Shown here piece by piece: positions 44,909 through 55,684 of a stretch of DNA of 64,000 nucleotides. How positions within the stretch are numbered: position 1 is the first letter of the stretch; the number at the start of each line of letters is the position of its first letter. Below the pieces are notes generated by a model. It searched no databases. It saw only the letters and a program-made list of their open reading frames with translations, and was not told the origin of the DNA. Both the position numbers and the translations under genes were made by a program. Origin of the DNA: Salisapilia sapeloensis CBS 127946 (lineage: Eukaryota; Protista; Oomycota); the NCBI GenBank assembly GCA_023334545.1, contig JAADVB010000012.1:78416-142415 (forward strand). Direction: 5' to 3'.

Positions 44909-45723
44909 ATGGAGCACATTGACCAGGTAGCTTCTGCTTCCACTCTCGTCTAAAGGGTACGGTAGGTTCTGCTCATGAGATCGACTGGGAAGTGCGAAAA
45001 AAGGAATAGACAATAGGCCAGTATTCAAGTCATAAGCGACTGGAACCGTTCATGTCTGGCTAGCTAGTTGGTTGGGGTGATGGCCCACCAAGGCTGTAAT
45101 CCACAAATCACGTCCTATATTGGATAAGTGTGCCTCCGATCCCATCCTCGGAACAGTACCAGTTTATCGCTACTTCCATTTCGGAAGACAGACCACGACC
45201 TACTCCTTGCAATCCTCTCTGTCAATCCCCGATCTCGTACTCACCTCTCCTTTTCTCATAGACTGAACAAGCCTTCCAGAAGCAGGATGGTGTCTTCATT
45301 GCCAGCCGCAAGTTTGCCGGCAAGAAGAACGGTCCTCGTTTCTACAAGAACGTCGGACTTGGCTTCAAGACGCCCAAGGCTGCCATTGAAGGCCAGTACG
45401 TCGACAAGAAGTGCCCCTTCACGAGCGACGTTGCCATCCGTGGACGTATCCTTAAGGGTGTCGTTCTCTCCACCAAGATGAAGCGCACCATCATCGTCCG
45501 TCGTGACTACCTTCACTACGTCAAGAAGTACAAGCGTTTCGAGAAGCGTCACAAGAACGTTGCCGCTCACATCTCGCCGTGCTTCCGTGTCAAGGCCGGT
45601 GACGTCGTCACGCTCGGTCAGTGCCGTCCTCTTGCCAAGACGGTCCGTTTCAACGTCCTCGAAGTGGACGCCATCTCTGAGACCAAGCCGGTGAACGTCC
45701 GTAAGCAGTTCCGTCAGTTCTAA
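44909..45723 (+). CDS. RPS11: 40S ribosomal protein S11 (uS17); intron 44927-45261
   Basis: [44 protein letters not shown] and [14 protein letters not shown]. Confidence 0.97.
44927..45261 (+). other. 335-nt first intron of RPS11
   Basis: GTAGCT donor after codon 6, a long pyrimidine tract and a TAG acceptor; the phase-0 join restores the conserved N-terminus. Confidence 0.85.
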
Positions 45724-45792
45724 GCTGCTTGGACTCTCCTACGATCAGCAGAATGAAAATACATGGAGGTCTTTGCTGAAAATTATGTCTTG

Positions 45793-48172
45793 TTATTCCA
45801 AGTTACCAGCTTCTCTCTCTACAGCTCGTTCGAGCTGCGTGTGTTCTGTTAACGTAATGTGATTAATGTACTCTTCAAAGCGATGGATGTCTCTTGCTCG
45901 ACGCTGTAGGTAGTGATGCTCCTTCCATCGCTTTTCTCTGTTTTGAGATTCATCTTCCGTCCGACGCTTATGGTGGACTTGCTCTCGTTCTTTATCTAAA
46001 GCTTCATCCTCTTCCATCTCTTGCTGAGCTGTCGTCCAGTCTTGGAAAAAGGTGTCCAGTAGCTCAAAGTATAGAGACAAGTTGGCATGGGATTGCTGCT
46101 GGAGATAGTCCAATTGACGCATGCTTCGTCGATAGTTATTCTTCTTTGAGCGCTTGGCCTTTGTGGACAGTTGAATTGGTAACTTGGACGTGAGGTAATC
46201 CAGTCGAGTGACACTTTTGCCGTTTGTCGTGAATGGTAGGTGGGATCGAGATCGATGATGGAGATCTATGTGACGATGTCTTGCTTTCGTCGAGCCATGG
46301 AGAAAAGCACCTTCATACCAATAGTCCCAAGAATTATCATTTGTAGACTCGGGAGCTTTGTAGTAGAAGTCTCCTCGACCATTCATAGCGTTATCATGCC
46401 AAAAGCCAACGTACTTTGCTTTCTTGTCGTTCAAAGTACATGTACCTCGCCCTTGTTTCACACCAACATCAAAGAAACCGTCATATACATCTCCATTCTT
46501 TTCGATTAACTTGCCACGACCATGCAACTCACCATTCTCAAACTCTCCTTCTTGTATCATACCACTCGGATACGTTCTTCGACAGTGTTTACCATGCAAC
46601 AGACCATTGACAAACGTTCCTTCATCAACGACACCCACGGAGGATCTATATTTGCCTAAACCAGTTACTGTACCATCCACCATTTCGCCTTCATAAACTG
46701 CTCCATCGGGAAATTCGATCCGTTCGCGCTCTCCATGGAGCACACCATCCCGATAGGCATCTCCATTTAGCAACGAAGACTCAATAACAGCATCACTGTG
46801 GTACTCGTACGTACGAGATGGTCGTTGGTACGACCCAGACGCGATACTGCCATCGCCATACACAAAACGGCCCTCACCTTTTCGAGTATTGTCGACAAAA
46901 TAACCAGTATAGATGCCTTCGTTCGTGTACTCTTTTCCCAATCCATGCTTTTTGCCCATTTCCCACATGCCTGCGTAAGCTGATCCAATTGCAGAGATGT
47001 GGAAATCTTCATCACAAGGAGAAGTAAACTCTTGGTTCACGAGTTGGATGTCCATACCTTCTCCATGTTTTACTCTCCGAAGGCGAACTGCCCTCATGTT
47101 CACTTCCTTGTCCAAATCTTTAGCTGAGTATGAATCTTTATCATTATCGTCGTCTTCTATGAAAGCAATAGGACTTGGTCGTGTACGCAAGAGACAGACA
47201 TAATTCCAATCGCACTTCTTCATTGCAACGTCCGTCAGTTCTGCTGCTCGACAGCTTGTGAATTGAGCTATCCATGTACGAGTTTCAACTCGATCATTTT
47301 CGATGTCACTGCTTTGCGTGGAAGAGTTATTTTCTTTCGACCAAGGGGACAACTCGATAGGCTCGGTCAATAGAAGACGCTCGACACGTCGGTACCTCTT
47401 CCGAAGTATCATGAGCTCAGAATTTAATCTAGCAGTATGGTTTGAGATCATGTCCCTAAGCTCGTGTTTTACTTGATCTTCATTCTGTGGTTTCTCTCCA
47501 ACGCTCACCTCTGGTATCATCTTCTGCCTCTGCTTAAGCAGCGTTTGCTTTCGAACTGCCATATCTATGTCTTTCCGAAGTTTCTCTAGTGGCTCATAAT
47601 CCTTGGATATACCGTACAAGAGCCACGTTTTCAAATCGATAGCTTTGCATTCAATTGGAACGCCAGATAGTACGACAATGGTTGATCCGGCATAGAATGG
47701 GTTACGATTATCATCTTGAGGAGCTGGTTCTAGTCGTTCATGGATGATATAGAACCATTTCTCCGTCGGTGTTGGAGGGAGAACACGTGCTATCCAGTCT
47801 TTCGGCCATATAACATCTGCATGAACCAAGTACACGTGAGTGATCCTACGCCATTGTAAGAGAGAGATCTAGAATCCATCAACGTACTTCCAAAAGGGTC
47901 TTTGAGTAGAGCAGCGTTGCAATTAAATAATTGGTTAATCTTCTTCCTACATAGGTAACACGATTACGAAAGAATGTAATAGGTTGCATTCAATGCATGC
48001 TCTTTAGCACGTACACAGTAAAGTCCGATCGCAAGACGTTTTGAAATGCGTGTTCCTCTGCTTTGTCACAATTAGAGTCTTTCAGTGCGACTTTCATTTG
48101 ATCTTCTCGGAATTCCTCCACCATTTTCCCCGTTCTCTTGTCCACCACCATCTTGCCAGTCTTTGTCGCCAT
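45793..48172 (-). CDS. MORN-repeat protein; 5' exon structure unresolved
   Basis: The 680-aa ORF has many Y-x-G-x-F/W-x2-G-x2-HG-x-G repeats. A probable first exon (MATKTGKM) starts at 48172, but I could not fix the intervening splice phases. Confidence 0.8.
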
Positions 48173-48339
48173 GATGAACGAAGGCAAAAGTCTTTAGACT
48201 CGTCGAGTCGACCTTAGCGGTGATCCCAATGACGTTTCACAGTGTATGTAGCCATTTGTCCGTTCGAACATAATCATCCGAAGACACGGACCGTAAGTCG
48301 GACAAGCCGATCGCATCGTGATCACTACTTTCAGCAACC

Positions 48340-50000
48340 ATGTCGAACATGTACATCACAGAGCCCAACACCGAGGGAAAGGTGCTTCTCCACACTTCCT
48401 TTGGTGATATAGATGTGGAGCTATGGCCCCAACAGGCCCCCAAAGCTTGTCGGAACTTTGTCCAGCTGAGCCTCGAAGGCGTACGTGATTGATACAAGCA
48501 TTCTATCTACGGCTTACCTGCTAACTATACCTTGTGCGAACGTGTGATGCAGTATTATGATAATACTATCTTTCATCGTATCGTTGCGGACTTTATCGTC
48601 CAAGGAGGTGACCCGAGTGGCACTGGAGACGGTGGCGAAAGTATTTACGGACAGCCATTCGTTGACGAGTTCCATTCGCGACTCAAGTTTAATCACAGAG
48701 GCCTATTGGCAATGGCTAACGAGAACAAGCCCAATAGCAACCACTCTCAATTCTTCTTCACACTCGATGCATGTGAGTTTCTAAATAAGAAACACACCAT
48801 TTTCGGCAAGGTCCTTCCTCTATCGCCAATAGTAATGCGCAAGGTCTTACAGTCGCATAGATCACTGGAAATACGATTTTCAACCTACTGAGCGTCGGGA
48901 GTACCGAGACAGATGCCAAGGACCGGCCTTTAAATCCACCCAAACTGCGTTCGGTCGAAGTGCTTTGGAATCCGTTTGACGACATCGTTCCAAGGTAACG
49001 ACGATCATGTCTACTCAGAGACATCATGCTGACAGTAGGGTAGAGCCACGGCGAAGAAGGAATTAACGAATGAAGAGGCGAAAGAAAAGAAAAAGAAAGA
49101 GCGAAAGGCAACGAAAGACCTCAAGCTTCTGTCTTTCGGTGATGATGAAGATGCGATGGAAGACTTTGCCAAGCCTCCGAGTAAGAGGAAGAAAATGATG
49201 AGCAGTCACGACTTGTTAGATGATAAGAAGCTTAAGAAGGAGGCAATTGCGATTCAAGAAAGGAAAGATAATGGTCGGAAGGAAGAAGCGACGAAGAAGC
49301 TAAAGGCAGCAGTAGCTGCTGCCAGCCAACCGACGGAGAAGACTCCGGCTCCGATACCAGAACCTGTGAAACCAAAGCCTGTGAAACAAAAGGAGGCAGA
49401 CGAGTATAAACAGTTGCGAGAGGAGTTGAAGAAAGGGAAGAAGGCTGTGCCTGTCATCCTGGGCTCGAGAGCAAGAGAGCATGAGACGGCCAAAGCCTAT
49501 CATGATATGCTCACTCCGCTACAGCAGCAACGAGCAAAGTATTTGGAACGGAAGCGCGCGACGAGTCGAGCAGCTCGACAGGAGGAGACGATGGCCAAGT
49601 TACATCAGTTCAAGCAGACGCTAGCCGGTGCGAAAGCTGGGGAGACGCAAGAGAAGAAGGAACAGGAGTCGTACCATGGACAGGTGATTGAAGATGAAGA
49701 AGACGAAGATGATTCGTCTTGGATGACTGCGAAGCTCAAGTTCAAAAAGCACATCGATGTACGGAAATTATTTCGCAGGAGCATGCTGACTCGACTAGGG
49801 CTACAGCATCCTTTGGTGTGTCGAATTTGACAACTGACGATTAGCATGTGATAGGATCAATATCGCGAAGGCAAAGGCCCGTCGGCAGATGTACGTCTAC
49901 TAAGTAACGACGCATTGACATTGTATTTACGTTTAATCATGTGCAGGACTATGTGACGATCGATCCACGTGAGGATATGAAACGACGACGACACGATTAA
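48340..50000 (+). CDS. CWC27: Spliceosome-associated cyclophilin CWC27, multi-exon
   Basis: Contains MSNMYITEPNTEGKVLL, APKACRNFVQL, QGGDPSGTGDGGESIYG, DEFHSRLKF, LLSFGDDE and terminal YVTIDPR. Confidence 0.93.
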
Positions 50001-50071
50001 TAGAGAGCATTTTATTAATCATCCACTTGCCATCTATCTATCTTCTCCTACATCTTATGGTGCTCACGCAC

Positions 50072-50106
50072 TAGGATGCGGCCACTTTTGAATAGGATGC
50101 GGCCAC
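50072..50106. repeat. 14-bp direct repeat TAGGATGCGGCCAC, two copies, 21-bp period
   Basis: Exact copies at 50072-50085 and 50093-50106. Confidence 0.8.
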
Positions 50107-50549
50107 CGACCTAGATCCCACTGATGAGATTGTACATTCATCGTGACGTTTCTATAACGACAAAGCCATACGTAGGTAGCTTGAAAATTACAGCTTGATC
50201 GGCCATCAGGATGTCGCCGTATACAAATTGGCCTACTGATAGGTTGCTTGTCCGCCATCTGCGTTTAGAGCACGGCATGCGATCAATAGTAATGAAATCC
50301 ATTGGGTTTGTCTGACCACGATTGTACTAGTGACATGGCGTTAATGCAAGTTCGTTTAGTGTCACCATGGCGGTAGCATACACTGCTGTACATGAAAAGA
50401 CTCGGATGCCACCGCTTCGGTCTAACTGACGGACGAAGCGTTGCGTGCAACGAGACGAAGTGAACGCGCACGCACATGTTTCTGATTTACATATGGAGCG
50501 TATGCGACTACTGCGTAGTATCATGTGATCTGATGGACCTACGACTACA

Positions 50550-50563
50550 TCATTTTCTGTTTT
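50550..50563 (+). promoter_or_regulatory. Oomycete-type Inr/FPR core promoter candidate for the NOX gene
   Basis: TCATTTTCTGTTTT fits TCATTYBNNNWTTY and lies about 40 nt upstream of ATG 50603. Confidence 0.45.
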
Positions 50564-50602
50564 CCACGATCAATCTCAAAGGCATATTCCCTGCTGAACA
50601 CG

Positions 50603-53218
50603 ATGGTGAACTCCCGACGAGGGATGAAGGCACCAAACTCGACGAGTAATACGACCAAGTACGTCGAAATGAATGGCGTGTCGCCAGCAGAAGGACAGAG
50701 CCACCAAAACGCCTATGCTTCCATGCACGGGAAGTCTGGGAAGCATCACACGATGCAGTACCTCAATCCAGCGCCGACTGGGTTCAAAGTACCCGTTCTC
50801 CAGCGTACGGATAGCAATCCGAGTCGTCAGTCCAACATGACGTCAGACGATCTTCATCAGCTCAAGGAATCGCTTTATAAGCTATCCATGTGTCAGTCTA
50901 GCGTGTACGATCCCAACGATGGTCAGAAGCCGGGTGCTGCAGGTTTTGTGAATCTCAACGACGCTGCGAACTTTGATGGGCCTGGCAACCGTCCTCATCT
51001 ATCGTCTGCCCAAGCTGGGTTACCACGTGAATCCGCGGCTGTGCTCGTCGAAGCTGTGCGTCAGTCTGCCATTGACGACGATGAGAAGACAAGGTTTCTA
51101 TTCGAGATCTTCGACACGGATGGCAATGGACGACTGTCAAGAGAAGGCGTGATGTCTTTCCTCGAGTCCACCATGCAAGAGCACAGCGTCTCCTTTCTGG
51201 GTGAAATGAATGTCCAAGAAGTCTTGGACCGAGTCTTTGCGAACTGCCGTGACCCGAATCACATGACGTACAAGGAGTTCCGGTCTGTGTTTGGTGAGAC
51301 GGACAAGCCCCGAGAAGAAGCGATGTCTCTCATGCCTGGGATTGCTGAAAAGGACGCTCGGATCGCATCAAACGAATTAGACTCCACAGGTTCAGATCTC
51401 AACACGATGTCGTCGGAGGATATGCAGGCTGTGGGCAAGATGGCTAAGAAAATGAAGACACTGGAGGAAGAGCTGGCAGAAGAAGATGATGATGTAGACA
51501 TGATCAAGCGAAAAGGTCCGTTTGCCAAGCTTCGAAAGTCGTATCAGAAGCACGGTGCGCAAGTCTGGTGTCTCGTAATCTACTTTGCCGTGATGGTCTG
51601 GGTGTTTGCCATGAAAGCCATGGTCATCGGTGTCGATCCTGCTGTCGGTTGGTGTCCTCGTATCGCAAAAGGCTTCGCGCAGATCATCATGGTCAACACG
51701 CTATTCGTCCTGCTACCGATGTGCCGCAACTTGATGACGACACTGCGCAACTTCCCCGTCGTCTCCCACTACATTCCTATCGACGACCACATTGAATTCC
51801 ACAAGATCTGCGGAATCATGATGCTCATTGCATCGCTCGGACATACCGCTGCTTGGCTGATGATTGTCTACTACGCGCGAACGGTTCCGGTCGAAGTGTG
51901 GGAACGATCGGCATACTACGAGCGGAGTTTTGTTCGTTATCAAGATCTTTTCTCCTTTGCCTGGCAGCTTCCGATCTGGACCGGGGTCCTCATGGTCGTC
52001 ATCGCCATCATCGCTGGTATCTTTACACTACCAAAGCTACGTCAGGGCAAGTTCAACCTCTTCTGGCTCACCCACTTGCTCTTCATCCCATTCCTCATCC
52101 TCATCGTCGTCCACGGACTGGCACAATGGGTGCAGGCTCCAGAAGCGTACCTTTGGGTCGTCCCGCCTATCATCATCTACTTCCTCGAAAGACGTTATCG
52201 CATGCGCAACGTCTTTGGAGGTAAGACACAGATCGTCAACGCGCACGTCTCGGCTGGTACGACTGCCCTGTACTTTAAACGCCCTAAGTCGTTTGCCAAA
52301 GGGCAAAAGTTCACACCTGGCATGTACATGTTCATTAACATACCTGCTATCTCGACATATGAGTGGCATCCCTTCACGATCTCATCTGCTCCAGAAGACG
52401 AGCTACTCAGTCTCCACATCCGGAAAGCTGGAGACTGGACTGGCGCTCTGCATAACCTGGTCGAAGCGACGGAGCGACGTCAGCTACAGAACCCAGAGGG
52501 TGGAAATGGACACTCGGACACAATCTACCCGCCTATCTATATCGACGGACCGGTTGGAGCTCCTGCCCAAGACTACAGTCGGTATCGGGAAGTCGTGCTC
52601 GTTGGAGCTGGTATCGGTGTCACTCCATTCGCTTCGATACTTCGAAGCGTCGTCCATCAGTGGCGAACGTTCCGATGCCCTGACTGCTCTCACATGCGCT
52701 TCCCACCGACGTTCCAACTGCGCAAGATCTACTTCTTCTGGGTCACGCGTGAACAAGAGTCGCTCACATGGTTCTCCCAAACGATGAACCAACTAGCTGA
52801 AATGGACACGGAGAACCGACTGGAGATCCACAACTACTTGTCGACGATTAAAAGAGAGTCGATCGCTCGTCCATTGCAAGCACTCCAGACGTTTATTCAT
52901 GACGACTCCGGGAAAGATATTGTATCTGGTCTCGAGACGAAACAAACGACGCACTTTGGTCGTCCGAACTGGAAAACAGAGCTTAAACGTATTGCTCTTA
53001 AGACGACGCGTCGTCGCGAACGGCTATGCGCCGTACCTCAGGAACAAAATCCTCACTTGGCAGCAGAAGACGATGACTTTATTGATGAAATTGGTGTTTT
53101 CTACTGTGGGCCGAAGCCTCTCGGAAATTCGTTGCATGATGAATGTGCACAATTTAACCACCGGAGCAAGCGGACGAAAGGCAAAGTCGAGTTCGATTTT
53201 CACAGTGAAAACTTTTAA
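50603..53218 (+). CDS. EF-hand NADPH oxidase (NOX5/RBOH/NoxC type), intronless
   Basis: EF-hand-like DTDGNGRLS; four heme His (FHK..GH, THL..HG); EWHPFTISSAP, HIRKAGDWT, DGPVG, GAGIGVTPF, FYCGP and FHSENF. Confidence 0.95.
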   Translation: MVNSRRGMKAPNSTSNTTKYVEMNGVSPAEGQSHQNAYASMHGKSGKHHTMQYLNPAPTGFKVPVLQRTDSNPSRQSNMTSDDLHQLKESLYKLSMCQSSVYDPNDGQKPGAAGFVNLNDAANFDGPGNRPHLSSAQAGLPRESAAVLVEAVRQSAIDDDEKTRFLFEIFDTDGNGRLSREGVMSFLESTMQEHSVSFLGEMNVQEVLDRVFANCRDPNHMTYKEFRSVFGETDKPREEAMSLMPGIAEKDARIASNELDSTGSDLNTMSSEDMQAVGKMAKKMKTLEEELAEEDDDVDMIKRKGPFAKLRKSYQKHGAQVWCLVIYFAVMVWVFAMKAMVIGVDPAVGWCPRIAKGFAQIIMVNTLFVLLPMCRNLMTTLRNFPVVSHYIPIDDHIEFHKICGIMMLIASLGHTAAWLMIVYYARTVPVEVWERSAYYERSFVRYQDLFSFAWQLPIWTGVLMVVIAIIAGIFTLPKLRQGKFNLFWLTHLLFIPFLILIVVHGLAQWVQAPEAYLWVVPPIIIYFLERRYRMRNVFGGKTQIVNAHVSAGTTALYFKRPKSFAKGQKFTPGMYMFINIPAISTYEWHPFTISSAPEDELLSLHIRKAGDWTGALHNLVEATERRQLQNPEGGNGHSDTIYPPIYIDGPVGAPAQDYSRYREVVLVGAGIGVTPFASILRSVVHQWRTFRCPDCSHMRFPPTFQLRKIYFFWVTREQESLTWFSQTMNQLAEMDTENRLEIHNYLSTIKRESIARPLQALQTFIHDDSGKDIVSGLETKQTTHFGRPNWKTELKRIALKTTRRRERLCAVPQEQNPHLAAEDDDFIDEIGVFYCGPKPLGNSLHDECAQFNHRSKRTKGKVEFDFHSENF

Positions 53219-53315
53219 CTGTAGCAACAAATATCCATGTCATGCATGTTCCTATTTGTTAAACTACCATGTGCACTTGTCATTTTTTTCATTCCAATTG
53301 TATCTTGCATCGAGT

Positions 53316-54737
53316 CTACACGTTGTAGCAAGTTCTTAAGGCGTCAGTTGATCCAAGCTTCGCTGCGTTGTAGAAGATGCGGCGAAGGAGAAGGTGTTTT
53401 TGAAAGGCATCTGGCAATGGAACGGATCCCATGCCATGCATGCACTCTACAGCGTAATGTTTGCCATCCATAATCTGCTCCATCCGAGGTCGCCTCGGAA
53501 CGATGTGGCTGGTAGTAGGATTATGTATTTCTGAGGGTCGCCTCCATCTTACGAAGCCAATGGGAAAAGGTTCCAACAGAGATTTTGCATTCACATACAG
53601 CAACTTGGCGGGCTCGTTCATCGATCCAGATGGGACGTAATGAGCTAAGTTACCACAGAGACTCGTTGGATGCAATGTCATGTCCTGACACGCAGAGCAC
53701 GAGATGACGGATGCACCCCAAGGTGAGAACGCGTAGGGCGTGTGGGCTGCTTCGAAGCTAAGAAAGAAGGACTCTTTATCTCCATGGACCCTGTCCTCCT
53801 TCAAGCGCAGATCTGTAATAAAGTACCACAGCGTTTCCATTGCTTTCCCTGCTTTGGATTTATCTATGAAAACCATAGAAGAGTCTTGTTCATGGCCTGA
53901 CAGTCCATTGTAGGCGTACGAATTGGTTATATGCGTCGACAAGTTCCCTCTTGTCAAATTAAACTTTTCAAATGGGAACTTTTCGAAGAATGTCTGGATC
54001 CAAGGCCTGCGTTTGCTTCCGACTCTAGTACCCAAATATTTTGTTTTCTCAATTACTCGATCATGAAAGAACGTTGTGCCTGTCTCCTGATATGGTGGTA
54101 AGTCTCGCACGATAGATGGATCTCGGAGTGGAAGCACGTCGGCGTCAAGCATCATGACATGACGTACATCGGTGTGGATGACTGCTAAAGGCTTAATCCA
54201 CCAATTTTTGAATTGGTTGGTCATTGAATTCTTTAATTTGTCTTGATTCACGAGCTCCGTGCAGACGTCAACAAGCTCTAGTCGAGGATCAAGGCTCTGG
54301 AGGATATGGCGAGAGTGATCAGACATCTCATCAGGAGTGCAGTGGTAGACCTGTATTAGTTCGTCGTTGCCGAGGCATCGAAGTTGGCGGATTAAAGAGA
54401 CGCCCATGTCGATCATGCCGTTATGGAGAGGGAGGACGATGCCTCTATCGCGAGATACGTTTCGAACACGACCATTGTCATCTAACCATGGCTTTTGCAA
54501 GTTTGGTATGAAATTAAGCGACCATCCAGGCGTGTCTCGTCCAATGCGATCGAGAGCATCAATCGAGGGATCAAATATGGCTGTCACGGTGTCATTGGTA
54601 TCGCCATTTTCGTCCGCTGTGGATGCTTTCGAGACTGAAAACGAAGCCAAGAGCAACAAGCAGATCGAGAGGTATATCCGCAAAGGTTGCCGTGTGTAGA
54701 GAGTCATTTTGTGCCGAGATACAAGAGGTATGTGCAT
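53316..54737 (-). CDS. GT71 (MNN1/MNN2-type) mannosyltransferase, paralog 1; start may be 54707
   Basis: N-terminal signal/TM; [36 protein letters not shown] and CGNLAHY. Confidence 0.9.
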   Translation of the reverse strand: MHIPLVSRHKMTLYTRQPLRIYLSICLLLLASFSVSKASTADENGDTNDTVTAIFDPSIDALDRIGRDTPGWSLNFIPNLQKPWLDDNGRVRNVSRDRGIVLPLHNGMIDMGVSLIRQLRCLGNDELIQVYHCTPDEMSDHSRHILQSLDPRLELVDVCTELVNQDKLKNSMTNQFKNWWIKPLAVIHTDVRHVMMLDADVLPLRDPSIVRDLPPYQETGTTFFHDRVIEKTKYLGTRVGSKRRPWIQTFFEKFPFEKFNLTRGNLSTHITNSYAYNGLSGHEQDSSMVFIDKSKAGKAMETLWYFITDLRLKEDRVHGDKESFFLSFEAAHTPYAFSPWGASVISCSACQDMTLHPTSLCGNLAHYVPSGSMNEPAKLLYVNAKSLLEPFPIGFVRWRRPSEIHNPTTSHIVPRRPRMEQIMDGKHYAVECMHGMGSVPLPDAFQKHLLLRRIFYNAAKLGSTDALRTCYNV

Positions 54738-55274
54738 ACTCGTATCAATCGGATCAGCCTTGTGCTGAGTCAGTTTGTAGATGCTGTGAAGAGCATCTGT
54801 TTTTATTGCTGATGAATCTCCTTGATATGATAGAGACGGTAGCTACGATCCAATCGTGTGTGGCAGATCCGCCAGATATACTCGGTTCGGCTGGAAGTTG
54901 TCTGCAAAAGTGCAAGTAGACATGGTTTTGCTTTCCTTCAACAAGAGGTTTTAACTTGTAGCCTGTAAGTCCGTGCGAGCCCAAATTACCCTACTTCAGC
55001 TGTGAAACTCCCCGAAATTAATCAAAATCATCAGGATGTATCTCATTTGTAAAGATTCATGCTCCTTTCACAGTTTATAAAAGCTCTTCAGATGGACTTA
55101 CAATAAATGTACGCACTGCTTTACTTGATAATTTACTTTGCTTTGTATCAAAGTAAGGTATTCATAGAACGCATGAAGGCACAATTGACTAGATAGAACT
55201 GCTTCAAAAGTAGATGGAGGCTTAAGACAGTAGTCTATATCTGTTGAAGTTACAATGAAGTAGAAAGCGGAAAA

Positions 55275-55304
55275 GGACGCGAGGATGCGAGGACGCGAGG
55301 ACGA
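55275..55304. repeat. Short tandem repeat with 8-bp unit GGAYGCGA, about 3.7 copies
   Basis: GGACGCGA GGATGCGA GGACGCGA GGACGA, between GT71 paralogs 1 and 2. Confidence 0.7.
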
Positions 55305-55684
55305 TACATCAGAGTAGAAGATGAATACAGATGAAAAGACAAATACACATTCTGTTCCAAATTACCATTCATCGGCTCAACACAATACCAAACAAACAAT
55401 GTCCATACAGTAAATTTGTGCTTCATATCAACTTCCACGATTGACTAGTTCCAGGCATTGCTGGTACAACACCTATACAAAGACTTCGATAAATCTGAAC
55501 AGAATCGAATATAGTCGATTTATCAGAGGTTGCAGGACCTGCTCAAAGAAGATATAAAAGTATAGTTTACTTTTGTGTAGCAGTAGAAACTTATCATGAA
55601 AGTAGCGTGATTTGCAAACATCCGTCGCGAAGCTTAAAAGGAAAGCAAATTTCGTGTGAAACATCAATAAATTCAAATGAAAGC

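Noticed and set aside
47846-47890. Apparent 19-nt intron or frameshift in the MORN gene 5' region
   Set aside because: I could not reconcile the splice phases by eye. A wrong gene model is more likely than an ultra-short intron; RNA-seq is needed.
50121-50240. CTGATGAG as a hammerhead core, or TGATGA..CTGA as a C/D snoRNA
   Set aside because: There is no stem II followed by GAAA, no terminal stem next to the boxes, and no rRNA complement that I recognise.
51864-52787. 307-aa alternative-frame ORF inside NOX
   Set aside because: Ser/Arg-rich with no motif; it is the expected shadow of C/G-ending codon usage in the real frame.
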